Assembly (NCBI GenBank): GCA_951406725.2
Contig: OX597834.1
Span: 7,874,001-7,938,000, forward strand
From: Octopus vulgaris
Taxonomy: Eukaryota
Length of the DNA stretch: 64,000 nucleotides
Direction of reading: 5' to 3'
Below the pieces are notes generated by a model. That model ran no database searches. It was given only the letters and a program-made list of their open reading frames with translations, and was not told the DNA's origin. Both the position numbers and the translations under genes were made by a program. This document shows, piece by piece, positions 25,862 to 42,790 of the stretch (the first letter of the stretch is position 1; every line of letters begins with the position of its first letter).

Positions 25862-26621
25862 CATGTGTGTGTGTATGTACATTTTGCCTTGTATGTTGTT
25901 GTTCTTAGTAATACTGTGACTCTCCCCTCACCTACGTTCTCTCCTCCACAGCGGCTACTGTTGTTATTGACCATTACTTTTGATATTGTTCTCATATTCC
26001 TCTGCGTCTGTTTGTTCGTTCACGCAGCTGCCATCGTGTAGGTGGTGATGGTTGCTGTTGATGTTGTTAGGGCCTTCAGTGAAGTTACTGTATTTGTGTT
26101 TGTGTGTCTATAAGGGCTTGCGTACTATGTTGTTTGTACCCATTCCCTTTATATAGATTTGTTTTTGTTTACCTATGTATCTCTTTTTCTTACTTCTTAT
26201 ATTCATCATACATATGTGCATGCTTGTTTTTTGTGTGTATTACACCATTTGTATTTTTTCCCCTCTTTCATCGTTTGTGATCGTGCTGCGTGGGCAGTGT
26301 TATTGTTTCATTCGGGTTTTCTACACGCGCTCGATCTATTTATTACCATGTGTTTGGCCTCTGCATTCTGTCTGAACGTCGCGTCAGATCTATGCGTTGA
26401 TAGTACCTTAACCTCTATATTATTAACTGCGACTCTATGTCCTACCTGAATATATTGGTAGAGCACTGTCGAGTTTTCTTCTCTTTGAAGAAGACACACA
26501 CACACACATACATGTATTTACAAATATGCCCACTCACATATAGTTACAGACATGCGCAGATAAAAAATACATCATAGAAGGGCAGAATGTATTAAGCGGC
26601 TTAAAAAAGCAAACGTGAACG

Positions 26622-26745
26622 GAAAGGATCGCTGAAGAGGTCACAGATGTATGACGAAAGATTTGAGGACAATGGACATGAATTACAATAAGAACAATAA
26701 TAGACGAGTGAATAATGAACATATAGTCCATGTGTTTATTTCGCA
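26622..26745 (+). mobile_element. Diverged family H2 copy with hammerhead-like motif
   Basis: aaagga..CTGAAGA-ggtcacagatgtatgac-GAAAga resembles 44654-44692. Confidence 0.5.
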
Positions 26746-27353
26746 AAAGCAAAAAAAAAAATTATAATCTCTTATGATAAAAGGCAGATTTTCCCATGTT
26801 CCTTTTTAATACAATTCTACAATATAGAATTTATTCAACTGAAATTTACCTACGATTTTTACAAGTAGATTCGATTGGGTCATGGCATATAAAGTTTTTT
26901 CTATTTGACCCCCAATTAAGCAAAAATTCGAGAAAAGTAAATATTTTACGATTTGCCTCTCTAATTGCAACTGCTTCACTCCTGCTATTACCATAATTTC
27001 TCCTGCTTTATCTTTGCAAGTGTACCTTAAACCACTACTCAAAAATATACAGAGCAAGCAGAAACAAATAAATACATAACGATTTACTCCCACTTTCTCC
27101 CACTTTCTCTTTACACACATAGACACGCAAACATATACATATATGACAGTGTCAATTGTTGAAAGAAAATTGTAAGCTAAGGTGTGTGTGTGTGTGTGTG
27201 TGTGCGTGCGTGTGTGTGTGTGTGTCTGTGTGTGTGTAGGAAGTGAAGAATAAAAATATGGCAAGAAGTGGACAGATATACATATATACATACATACATC
27301 CATACATACATGTGTGTGTGTGTGTATGTACGTGTATTAATGTGTGTGTGTTA

Positions 27354-27744
27354 TCTCTCTCTATATAAAGCTGAAGTTGTCTGTGTCCGCCAGGTTTGGT
27401 AGCCTTCAACTAACACTGTCTCCTCCGAGACCCTGCGGCGAAATTTGACGAAAATTGAGAGTAGGATAGAAGAAGGTTTGCTCTTCATTCCGTAGTAGAT
27501 AAAATTCAAATCGGACCATGTTAACACCAAAAATTATTTACATCAAAAAGGTGCATTTTTCTATGAAAATCCCTATTTTTTACGATTTTATCACTGCTGT
27601 GTCGCCACTTTTCGGTGTATTTCAACCGGAAAAATGTTCACTTGAAGGGAATAACAAGCTACATAATGCAAAACTTTTACTTTTCAAAAATTCCAATACT
27701 AAAGGGTCGAAACAAACCCGAGCAACGCCGGGTGATACTGCTAG
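27354..27744 (+). mobile_element. Non-autonomous Helitron, second subfamily
   Basis: A|TC start; caaacccgagcaacgccgggtgatactgCTAG|T end shared with the other Helitrons; different interior. Confidence 0.8.
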
Positions 27745-28182
27745 TAATAATTAAATAAAGAAAATACCAACCCCAACCACTACCACGGTTACTACTACTA
27801 CGACCAACAGTCACTGCTGCTACTGCCATTTCAGCCACTGGTTGTTCGGCCACATAAGACAGCTAAGAACAACCACGTGGATTCGGTTGAGAGCATTAAG
27901 AAACAATTATGAACTTTTTTTATTACACACAACTTTAAATTTACAGCTATTATGCTTACTACCCACAAAACACCACCACGTGGATTCTCTTGTGGCCAGT
28001 AAGAAACAATTATGAACATTTTTATTACACTTAACTTTTTAAAAATATCTTTGATAAGGTTCGTTTTTTCAAGAAGAACCGAAACATGTAAAATTTCTAA
28101 GAAAATTAACATTTATCTTCTATAGTGGCGTTTTCAAAATTCTTTTTTATAAATATATACCCACTCGTATACGATCTACACT

Positions 28183-28267
<85 letters not shown>

Positions 28268-28361
28268 TTTATAAAATTAAATAAGAGTAGATATCGATAT
28301 TAATCAATTAAAACCAGTGGTCTAGCATATTTTTAAAAGAATTAAACATATTTTTACATAC

Positions 28362-28582
28362 AAAATTTAGAGGATTGACCACTAAAAATGGACAGCCTGT
28401 ATGCTAGATATAGACGTAAACATCGCCATTTTCTTTTATTTTAATTTGTCTTGCTTATTTTTACGCTTTGGTCTCTTGCTGAATTTTTTCTTCAGAACAC
28501 ATTCTCCGTGGAAAATGGCGATTTTGACGTCTATATCTAGCATACAGGCTGTCCACTTTTAGTGGTCAATCCTCTAAATTTT
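28362..28582. repeat. Fold-back inverted repeat (~70-bp arms) between (TA)n tracts
   Basis: 28362-28433 aaaatttagaggattgacc...cgccattttc is the reverse complement of 28511-28582. Confidence 0.85.
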
Positions 28583-28919
28583 ATATATATATATATATAA
28601 ACACACACGCACGCACACACACAAATTATATTAACATTAATAAGGTAGGTCTTCCCCTATTTGTTAGAGGTCCTTAATAACATATCTGTATGCATTTCTG
28701 ATAGCGGAATTTATACAGTCTTTCAGTGGAGAGCTTTAGGTTTATACGCCTAACTGCTTCAAAGGGAAACTGGATGACGAATGCTGGAACATTTTCTAGA
28801 TCCATTCACTCAATCAGATTCGGCAATAATAGCAGCGGCAACAATTATAACAATATTGGGGAACTCCTTTGTGTTTTTAACATTTGCTAGAAAGAGCAGC
28901 CATATAACCCTAATACTGG

Positions 28920-29112
28920 TTTCAAAATTTGGCACAAGGCTGGCACTTTTGAGATGTGGGACATTCGATTACATCGATACAAATTTTCAACTGTTACTAT
29001 TTTATCGACCTTAGAAGGATGAAAGATAATGTTGACCCCTGTGGAATTTAGAACTCAGAATGGAAAGACAGATGAAATTACGTTAAGCATTTTACCCAGC
29101 ACACCTACGATT
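28920..29112 (-). mobile_element. Old SINE B2 copy
   Basis: Diverged tcgattacatcga...gaaggatgaaag...gaactcagaa body with ggcacaagg tail. Confidence 0.65.
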
Positions 29113-29114
29113 GT

Positions 29115-29713
29115 TATTTATTTACTACCCACTAGGGGCTAAACACAGAAAGGACAAACATGGACAAACAAACGGATTAAGTCGATTATATCGACACCAG
29201 TGCGTAACTGGTACTTAGTTAATCGACCTGGAAAGGATGAAAGGCAAAGTCGACCTCGGCGGAATTTGAACTTAGAACGTAGCGGCAGACTAAATACCTA
29301 TTTCTTTAGTACCCACTAGGGGCTAAACACAGAGGGGACAAACATGGACAAACAAACGGATTAAGATGATTATATCGACCCCAGTGCGTAACTGGTACTT
29401 ATTTAATCGACCTCGAAAGGATGAAAGGCAAACACGACCTCGACGGAATTTGAACTCAGAACGTAGCGGCTGACTAAATACCTATTTCTTTAGTAACCAC
29501 AAGGGGCTAAACACAGAGGGGACAAACATGGACAAACAAACGGATTAAGTCGATTATATCGACCCCAGTGCGTAACTGGTACTTATTTAATCGATCTCGA
29601 AAGAATGAAAAGCAAAGACGACCTCGGTGGAATTTGAACTAAGAACGTAACGGCAGACGAAATACCGCTAAGCATTTCGCCCGGCGTGCTAACGTTTCTA
29701 CCAGCTCGCCGCC
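29115..29713 (-). mobile_element. SINE B concatemer: one head plus three ~184-bp bodies
   Basis: Junctions aaatac|ctatttc near 29297 and 29481; head ends gctcgccgcc at 29713. Confidence 0.92.
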
Positions 29714-30384
29714 TTAAAATGTCGCTTATATTTCACTCTGTTAGGTTAGAACAAAAATACGAATTAAGGCATGTAAAAAATGCAATTATTTTCTACAGAG
29801 GGGATGGTCATGTTTAGAATGCCTTTGATACATGCTATCTCAATCAATGTTGACTTGTGTTTAAACAACAACGTCAACAGCAAAACGATACATTCAAAAG
29901 GAATTAAATCATGATGGATATGTTATGCTCTTCTGTTCTTTTATTATTTTTTTTTTGTTCTATTCTTCAGATCTCTTTCCTCAGTGTGGCATCCCAGTAA
30001 GATTTCTCTGATAATTTTATTGAATCATCTTGGAGACTACGACATCTTCTGTAATTCTATAAATAAATTGATAATAAATAAAAACAGAATGTAGTTGTCG
30101 TTGCCTATGTTCACTTAATCAGATAACACTAAGCGTTCTTTTTTTTTTTTTGAGAAGTAACATAACACTGCATTCATGTTTTCACATTAGTAATATTTCA
30201 GCATTTCTGTCTGTCTTAATGAGAAATTTGATCGATGTAGTCTTAGAAAACACGAACGAGATCCTATCGTATAGAAAAAAAAAATACTTAGAGGAAGTCA
30301 CAGACGTAGAAGACAATACGTGATGAGATGTTCACATAGAAAGGTACTTGCATATATATGTACATCAGTCAGTATAGCCGTATG

Positions 30385-30441
<57 letters not shown>

Positions 30442-31229
30442 GTATGTGTATTTATACATGTGTGTTGTTATTTGTGTAGTAACTAGGATTTCTCAAACGC
30501 ATAGTAAAATGTGTAACGATATAAATCTACATGTAGGTACATGTAAAGAGATATATATGTATATGCGCCCGTGTGTTTCTAAATATTTATGTTTAACAGA
30601 AGTTGGTTAATACTTAATATGTAACATTTCAAGCCAGCACCTAGAAATATTCATACATCCATTTTTGTAATGAGTTTTAATATTTGCTATTGGGCATATG
30701 AAAATGTACCAAATAAAACCGGTGTAGTTTCCTGGTCCCTTATGAAATTTACTGGAATTTATCCAGCCGTTCGCGTACACATTTCTACCATCTTGGTGAC
30801 AAGCACATCGAACGACGTGTTGTTGCTCATATTAATCCCGAGATCGCAAACTGTACTGTCTTCAAGATCTTAATGCTAAAACTATATTTATAATAGTAAT
30901 GCTGTTGTCCTTGTAAATTTATAAATGCGGGAGATTTAAATAGATAAGAAACAATATAAATTGTAGCTTAGCTGCCGTAGTGGTTTGACACTTCTTACAT
31001 ACATATCTCTGTTTGTATGTATATCATTATTCAGTCTATTTCTAGATTTCTTACCAACAGGGAAAGAGCTGGTTTCTAACCTAGAACTAAGGCTCTTACA
31101 TTGGAATTTCAGAATCAGCAGTAGGGTATTTTTGTATGTGTGTATATATATACGTGCAGATTTGTGTATTGTTTTATGAATATATTTTCATACATCTAGT
31201 TACATATCCAGACGTGTATGTAGACGGGC

Positions 31230-31282
<53 letters not shown>

Positions 31283-31682
31283 TGTATGCATGTATGCTTC
31301 TATGTATGTACGTATGTGTGTTCTTTTCTGTTTTTAATTACTTACATTCTACCTTTGGAGAAGGAGCTGGGTACAAAGCTCCCTCCTTGCAATTTAGATA
31401 ACGAAATCAATGTCACATCTGAAGGCTAAGAACAGTCTTGCATATTTTACTGTATCGCTTACAAATTATATTTGTAATGTGCGAATCAGTTCGTTAATTT
31501 CTTTTTCTGAAAACCCAAGTTTATCCAGATTGACAGTTAGGTGTTTACTTGCAAAGCCAAGTGCACCAATTTTATCGGTATGAATTAAAATTTGTTATCT
31601 GGATGTAGAAGCTGGAGATTTCGAAGCAGTTCTCCATAATTATCGTTTTCTCTTTGACTTTCGGGAGAACTGTATGTATGTA

Positions 31683-31815
31683 TCTGGGGAGAGTCATTTT
31701 CTTTTTGTGTCTTATAATATAACTCCCTCATCGGTAAAATTTCCACTTTTTTCTTATTTTTATTTTCCTAAAATTTTCGTTGTGTTTTGCAACCTTTTCA
31801 ATAGTTTTGACTCTG
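31683..31815 (+). repeat. Interspersed repeat family F
   Basis: Homologous to 6467-6596; followed by (TATG)n. Confidence 0.65.
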
Positions 31816-32327
31816 TATGTATGTATGTATGTATGTATGTATGTATGTATGTATGTATGAATGTATGTAATGTATGTATAGATGTATGTATGTGTGAGTG
31901 CGTGTATGCGTGCGTGTATGTGTGTGTTTGTGAGTGTGTGCGCGTGTGTGTGTGTGTCTGTGTGCATAGAGTTTGTAGAGGGGTTTTTACATCCTATATT
32001 AATAGAAGTAAATAATCAGGACTTTGATAATTTCTGGTGCACTTTTATTCCCTTTAGGGATTCGCCAGGAATTGTCGGTCGCAAAAAAACTTTTGCTTTA
32101 TAAATTGATGTAAGTATTTGAAGACGCTGAGGTGTTCGATTTGTTTTCTTAGGTTTTATGAAAAGGATGTTTGAAAGCGGTCATTTGGATGTATATGTGT
32201 GTATGTATGCATTGAAATTCTGAAAGAATATCTGTATATATGTGTATGAATGCCTTGGTGAATTTTTAAAGAAAATGAAATCGTTACAGGTTTGGTTACA
32301 GAAAGAAAAACAAAAAAAAAAAACGTG

Positions 32328-32488
32328 ATGGTGTGGCTGTGTGGTAAGTAGCTTGCTAACAAACCACATGGTTCCGGGTTCAGTCCCACTGCGTGGCATC
32401 TTGGGCAAGTGTCTTCTGCTATAGCCCCGGGCCGACCAATGCCTTGTGAGTGGATTTGGTAGACGGAAACTGAAAGAAGCCTGTCGTA

Positions 32489-32539
<51 letters not shown>

Positions 32540-32755
32540 TTGTGTGTCTGTGTTTGTCCCCCTAACATTGCTTGACAACCAATGCTGGTGTGTTTATGTC
32601 CCCGACACTTAGCGGTTCGGCAAAAGAGAACCGATAGAATAAGTACTGGGCTTACAAAGAATAAGTCCCGGGGTCGATTTGCTCGACTAAAGGCGGTGCT
32701 CCAGCATAGCCGCAGTCAAATGACTGAAACAAGTAAAAGAGTAAAGAGTAAAGAG
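32328..32755 (+). mobile_element. SINE family A, full length
   Basis: Same head, body and tail as 9498-9975. Confidence 0.92.
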
Positions 32756-33039
32756 AGTGTCTGGATATATATTTATCAACATATATGACTTAGAGGTTCG
32801 TGTGTTGCACTCAGGATCGATAGATCGTGATTTCATTTCCCAGTTTGGGTAATAAGTTGTGTTCTTGAGCGAAACACTTCGATTACTTCGATACTTGACC
32901 CGTGGTACCCTGAGCACCTGTTTAGAAAATGTCAATTTAATAGAGGGAGTGAGATGATGTACGGCACGAATATTCGAGCATTATAAACAAATTATTTTCG
33001 GGAGAATGCTTCATTTGTGTAAGCGTGAGGGTGTTTTTT

Positions 33040-33105
<66 letters not shown>

Positions 33106-33207
33106 ATAATTAAGAGACCAACGGCTCTATTAAGTAATTCAACTAATAATCAAAAATAGTATCTATAATAAATCATATAGAAAGAATTTAAATGTATTCT
33201 ACTATTA

Positions 33208-33425
<218 letters not shown>

Positions 33426-33789
33426 AAGAATGATAATATACGCCTGCTGCTATGTTTGTTGTTTTTGTCTCATTTGGTCTAAAGTCGTATGACAACCACC
33501 GTTATATTATATTTTGTTTAACCGTTACCGTTTTCAATTTCGTTTTCGTCTCTCGTATTTACATCCGTCTCGTGCGTTCACATTCCTGTCTTCTACCAAG
33601 AAATCTAATGCTTACAGCTTATTTTTTTTCTTGGGGCTGGCCGAGTTGGAGCAAATATCAGAATTGAACAGCCGAAATTTGCTATGATGATTCGGTGTCT
33701 GACTGAAGATTGAAGGCTTCGAATGATTTGTCTGTGTTCCGTGTTTGTCCCTTCCTGTATTTCACGTTCTTTATATATAAAACATTTAT

Positions 33790-34140
<351 letters not shown>

Positions 34141-34333
34141 TAATATATATATATGTACGAATGCATTGGTGCTTCTTGTACAATATTTCTTATTAATTCT
34201 ACCTTTACGGTGGTGTTGTTGGCTGCTTGCATAGATCTTTGCCATTATATATTACAGGGAATCTTTACATAGCTTCGTATCGTTAACATCTGCTGTTTCC
34301 AGCAAGCATTGGGGCCTTGTCGTACATCTATTT

Positions 34334-36964
<2,631 letters not shown>

Positions 36965-37356
36965 AACGTATCTCTTGATGCAGATACATAGATACAGACA
37001 CATAGACAGGCGCACTCGTAAACATTACTATTTCTTTATATTTCTGAATTACAGAATAAAGATAACAGTTGGTTTCTTTCTCTACTTGATAACATCGATG
37101 TTTTTTCTTAGTTTATATGAAACGGCATTTTTTTCTTCTTTTTGTGGAGCTGCGTATGTCGCAATGTTGTTGTTTACAAACGAGAACCTTGGTTATCTGC
37201 AGTTATGTTTACGTATAAGTCTTTGTGTATCAAATGTTTCGATGTATGATAATATTTATAGCTTATACTATCCTCTTGCGTACTCACACACGTACACATA
37301 TAGGTGTATGTCTTAATAACTCTGTTTCTATTTCTGTATGAATCAGCATAGGTATT

Positions 37357-37415
<59 letters not shown>

Positions 37416-37505
37416 ATTGTACTTATTCATTAGTGTCTTATTTCACACCTCTGTACACTTCTTTGAACATTTCTTTACTGATATGTACCTGAATGAATCT
37501 CTTGC

Positions 37506-37540
<35 letters not shown>

Positions 37541-37545
<5 letters not shown>

Positions 37546-38167
37546 TAGTCTAGGTACAAAGACCGAAACTTGGTGGGAAACTATATTCTAGTCTAGGTAC
37601 AAAGACCGAAACTTGGTGGGAAAGAACAGTCGATTAGATCGACCCTATTACGCAAATGTTACTTAATATATCGACCCCGAATGTATGAAAAAACAAACTT
37701 GACCTCGGTGGAATTTGAACTCAGAACATATAGGCAGACGAAATATCTATTTCTTTACTACCCACAAGGGGCTAAACACAGAGGGGACAAACAAGGACAC
37801 ACAAACGGTTTAAGTCGATTATATCGACCCCAGTGCGTAACTGGTACTTATTTAATCGATCCCGAAAGGATGAAAGGCAAAGTCGACCTCGGTGGAATTT
37901 GAACTCAGAACCTAACTGCAGACGAAATACCTATTTCTTTACTATCCACAAGGGGCCAAACACAGAGGGGACAAACAAGGACAGACAAACGTATTAAGTC
38001 GATTCGATTACATCGACTCTAGTGCCTAACTGGTACTTGATTTATCGACCCCGAAAGGATGAAAGGCAAAGTCGAACACGGCAGAATTTGAACTCAGAAC
38101 GTAGCGGTAGACAAAATACGGCTACGCATTCCGCCCGGCGTGCTAACCTTTCTGCCAGCTCACCGCC
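37541..38167 (-). mobile_element. SINE B concatemer: head plus two B1 bodies plus one B2 body
   Basis: Junctions near 37746 and 37930 (184 bp apart); B2 tail carries a 40-bp direct duplication (37541-37580, 37584-37623). Confidence 0.9.
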
Positions 38168-38447
38168 TTCTGTATGTATTATAATGCGCTAGTGTCTCCA
38201 GTGGACATGATTCAATGTACTGCTCTGGCAGAATTGTTAACACAGTGTATTTATAGTCACGACGCCCCAGGTTCAATCTCACTGCGCAGAATCTTTTTTA
38301 CAAAATTCTTTAATTGTCATATAAATATGTATCTCAAAACTGAATTCGGAGATGCTGTATTTTTACGATCTTCTGTCTAGAAGTGAGACGAACATTTAAA
38401 AAAAATTTCACTTCTTGCATACATCTTTGCCAGTATATATTTCAGTG

Positions 38448-38775
38448 TGAGGGCGCGTGGCTTTGTGGTTAGGGCATTCGGCTCATGATCGTAAGGTTGT
38501 GAGTTCGATTCCCGGCGACGCGTTGTTTCCTTGAGCAAGACACTTTATTTCACGTTGCTCCAGTCCACTCAGCTGGCAAAAATGAGTTGTACTTGTATTT
38601 CAAAGGGTCAGCCTTGTCACTCTCTGTGTCACGCTGATTATCCCCGAGAACTACGTTAAGGGTACACGTGTCTGTGGAATGCTCAGCCATTTGCACGTTA
38701 ATTTCACGAGCAAGCTGTTCCGTTGATCGTATGAGCTGGGACCCCCGTCGTCGTAACCGGCGGAGTCTTTTTTTT
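38448..38775 (+). mobile_element. tRNA-derived SINE family D
   Basis: Head gggcgcgtggc..gtggttaggg..gagttcgattccc; ccttgagcaagacac central domain; 14-bp TSD tatatatttcagtg (38434-38447 and 38776-38789). Confidence 0.9.
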
Positions 38776-38878
38776 TATATATTTCAGTGAATCTTTACAT
38801 AGCTTCGTATCGTTATCGTCTGCTATTTCCAGCAAACATTGGTGCCTTGTCGTACCACTATTTCTGTTTTATATATAC

Positions 38879-38957
<79 letters not shown>

Positions 38958-39579
38958 GACATTCATATACATGTACATATAGGTGTATAAATAATGGCCA
39001 CAAACCTGCTCAACGTGGATTGTGACTTCAAAAGCATCAAGGCTTTCATCAGCACAGATCTATAGAAGAAAACATCCACCGAAGATTTCACGCAGTGGGT
39101 TTGAACCCAGAACCATGTGGTTAGCAAACAGATTTCTTAGTACACAGCTGCGTGTGCACCTATTTCTATATGCATGCACAAAACCACGTCAAGTGGAGTG
39201 CACTTATTACACAGCATATAAAGCTTTCTCTGTCAGTGTGCTGCGCTGTTGCTGTGTGAGATTTACGTTTATGACACACAAGTCGGTTCAGTTTCATAAA
39301 AAGAAGATTGGTTCAGAGGAAACTAATTCAGATGATCGAGCAATTAAACACTACTTCTCACTGGCATCGTATGTATATTGTACGTTCCCCCGTCTCTGTT
39401 TGTGTGTGTGTGTATTTGTGAGTGTTTGATCTACTGTTTGATTCGTTCGTACAGCGACACATACTCGTATATACAAGTGGAGAAACTAACAAATATGCAA
39501 ATAGTAACAAACGCTTGTAAACAGGTTGATGAGATATTTCAACCAGATTTGTTTTATTTTAATAATTGTATATTAAAGT

Positions 39580-39801
39580 TTATATATTTGTTGTGCAAAA
39601 TTTTTTATGTGAAGTCGTGTGTTGAAACAGACATTGTTGTATTTCGGAATGGTCATTTTGCCAGTTTAACCAATAAAAACACACGCACTATATATTTGGT
39701 GTTACTTTGCTTCAGTGTTATTTATTTTTTACATTAATCTTAATCTTATTTCGGCCAGAGTTCTTTCGTCACACTCCTGTGACCGCATCAGTGGTCCTTT
39801 G
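39580..39801 (-). mobile_element. Family H2 short element with hammerhead motif (39752-39797, A9 changed to C)
   Basis: Reverse complement aligns over ~220 bp with 44652-44868. Confidence 0.8.
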
Positions 39802-39899
39802 TTAAATAATCTGATGTATATTAAAGTTTTTATTGATATTATATGTTTGTGTTTCAGATACTCTGTTGATGGAAGGGAACTGATTCACTGAACCCCTAT

Positions 39900-40520
39900 A
39901 AAATGAGGATGAAGTATTCCTCAAGCGAGTTTGATTTAGTGAGGAGGCGACTTTCATGTTTCAAGGAAATTAAACAGACACAATGTGAGAATCTGGGCAT
40001 CAGAACACCCCCATGTGACTAAGGAGCTTCAACGCGATAGTCATAAAGTAAATGTGTGGAGTGGAATCATGTGCAATCGAATAATTGGTCCATTTTTCTT
40101 CAACGAAGGCAACAATTTCTGCAGATGTTTATCTCGACCTTCTGACCGAATATGTGGCACCACAACTGATTAATTTATAACCAACCATCATTTTCCAGAA
40201 AGATGGTGCACCACCACATTGGGGACGGCATGTTCGTCAGTTCCTCAATCAATCATTTCCAGATCGATGGATTGGAAGGGATGGGCCAATTCCATGGCCT
40301 CCGCGTTTGCCAGATATCTCTCCCTTGGACTTCTTTTTATGGAGTCATGTAAAAGATATCGTGTATGAAACAAAGATACAGGATATTACTGACTTGAAGC
40401 AAAGGATTCGTAATGGCATTGCCACCGTTGATGAGGCTATCCTACAGCGAACATAGCAAGAAACCGAGTACCATCTTGATGTACGTCGCGCAAGTATGGT
40501 GACCATATTGAGGTCTATTA
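39900..40520 (+). pseudogene. rosa/DD41D Tc1-mariner transposase remnant
   Basis: FSEEATFH..NRHNVRIW..KVNVWSGI..IIGPFFF; FQKDGAPPH...WPPRLPDISPLDFFLW with 41 residues between the 2nd and 3rd Asp (counted). Confidence 0.9.
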
Positions 40521-42011
40521 AATAACAGGTAAAAAAAAAAAAAAACTTTAGTAAACAGTTATTACAATAAAACAAATCTGGTTAAGATATCTTGTCAAAT
40601 CCCTTTGTAATAAAATTTAAAAATTTTAAGAGACAATAAAATCTATATAAATAGATGCTATGTTACTACTATGCAATTTCAATAAATATGAGTCAAATTC
40701 TCAATGTTGTAACACAACATACAAGAGACCTTAAGCTGTAAATAATGTAGAAAACTTCCGATAATGCGTGTGTGCATGCGCAACTCCTACAATTGATCAC
40801 GATTAGAAATGTTTAATTTTGGGGTTCACAAAGTGGGCGGTACTGCCCACCCCCTGGTGGAGGTGGAATGGTTCAGAGGGCATTGAAGAAAAATGAGGCG
40901 ATAATGGGGTGGCAAAAAATTTGAAGTGGTGGATTTTCAAACGGGCTAGGGTTACCGATGAAGTGAGAGTATACGAAGCTATGAAACCATTATATGAACC
41001 AGTGCATGTGTGTCATAGAATATATTGTTCTTGTTGTACTTTCATTGTTGTTATTGTTCGTTAACCCCATATCACTGAACAATGCCTAATTTTTGATCAT
41101 GAATTCTTCAACGACAATACATTTGGAGCACTTTGAGAATAGAGTTTGATAGGAAGAACCGTTTCATAATTGTATTATATGTCTGGCTAATACTTAGAAC
41201 CGGTCTTAGCAGTTTGATTCCTAAACTGAGAAAGGATATATTCAAAATAAAACCTACCAACTTAAACACATTAGTGTGCGATGTAAAAGTGACATAGCTT
41301 CAGTTTCTTGTAATTAGCACGACCACTAAGAAACTGGCAGATTGGTTCGCCATCTATTTGATATATCGACATTGGAGGGAGTGAAAATCAAAGATTGGCA
41401 TAGCATTAAAAGAATAGATTAATTGATGTACGAGCTAGTGATTCATCACATGAGGTATAAAACTTTAGAGTGAACAGACATCGGCATTATTAGTCTTTAA
41501 GAGGCTAAACCTGCTATTACTATCTATAAACGTCATAAGGAAGATTAATGTCCACGATATGGGAGGCCCAGTACCCAAATCTAAGCAAAATAGTAGATGT
41601 TCATATTATTGTTGATGTTGTAGCAGTGACCTTCCATAACGAAGTAATCCACAGGTGAGGATTGCTTTTAAGAAGTTTAATATAAATTCCTGAACCAGGA
41701 TCAATAGATTTGTATCATTAAACTGCTTTGTGAATTTGGGATATTTGAAGTAAAATTGCATGTCATGTAGAGAGATGTGGTTATTGACCCGACAAAAATA
41801 TCTGTTGTATGAGAAATATCTATATAGTACGTATTACGTAATAATGTATTCATATGCAGCTAGCGATCTAACTAGATAGATAGACAAACAGACAGGCAGA
41901 CACACAGACAGAACAGAGCAGTACAGCATGCCAGTCGGTCAGACAAAGAGACGTGCAGACAGATTGATAGGTGGATAGACATAGAGAAGGGAAGCTATAT
42001 ATATATATATA

Positions 42012-42145
42012 CAATCAAAATAAGCAACAGGTATATCCGAGGTAATGTGGTACGATCGTTTCATGCTACTCCATTTTATTAAACACTAAGTATTACATCA
42101 GTTTTAAAATGTCGAGCAATTTCAGCCACTTATAGAAATTTTCCA
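42012..42145 (-). mobile_element. Family H3 terminus with hammerhead-like motif (42047-42129)
   Basis: Minus strand gtgg-CTGAAAT-tgctc...agcat-GAAAC-gatc-GTA-ccac; ends ttgcttattttgatt then (TA)n. Confidence 0.6.
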
Positions 42146-42223
42146 ATCAAACGGACAACGCACATTCTTATATCTATTTCGTTTGCCAACATTATAAAGG
42201 GGGTAGATATACAGACAGAGAGG

Positions 42224-42289
<66 letters not shown>

Positions 42290-42291
<2 letters not shown>

Positions 42292-42560
42292 CCAAGATGA
42301 GTGAAGGAGGAAACAGTTTCATTTTGTAACGCTTTTCCATCAACATATACAGTAGGTTCAACGAATGGGTTGATCAACACGCTCTTTTTTTTTATGCTGA
42401 TGGCCACCCAAAAGCTTCCGATGCACACAAGTTGTTCAGAATCCATTGCACAGAGTGTGTGCAACAAATGCAGAAACGTTTTCGAAGAGAACCAAAGCCT
42501 TAGTTTTTTTTGCTTTGAAGCGCTATTGGTTGAGAAAAACATTACCTTTAAATGTAAACC
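42290..42560 (-). pseudogene. Decayed RTE-clade RT fragment
   Basis: ..AISIKKKSVL..PFVEPTVYVDGKALQ..VSSFTHLG resembles RTE GLTISIKKTEV..EPxIxIxGxxLxxVxxFTYLG. Confidence 0.55.
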
Positions 42561-42790
42561 ATACCTGTCATTGTGGTTTTGTGGTACGAAGCAAAACAGA
42601 TGGATAAAAAATTACATCTTCGCAAAATTCAAAATATTTAGAAATCATATCTCAACGTATCGCAAGGAAATTCATTCGCATTGGTGCACTCAGTCCACGT
42701 GACTGGCACTCGCTGAGCGAGATTTATTTTAAGTTTCAAGAACAGGTTGCATACCTAAGATAAATGAAGACTCGTATTTATTTGGAAATA

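Noticed and set aside
28455-28497. Minus-strand CTGAAGA...aaagcgta in the fold-back spacer
   Set aside because: Stem II does not pair and G12 is missing; too degenerate to call.
33660-33742. Hairpin ttgaacagccgaa...ttcggtgtctga as a SECIS, and adjacent ctgaaga..gaa as a hammerhead
   Set aside because: Lacks the RUGA quartet and correct helix length; the hammerhead GAAA and stem III are not satisfied; no linked UGA-containing ORF.
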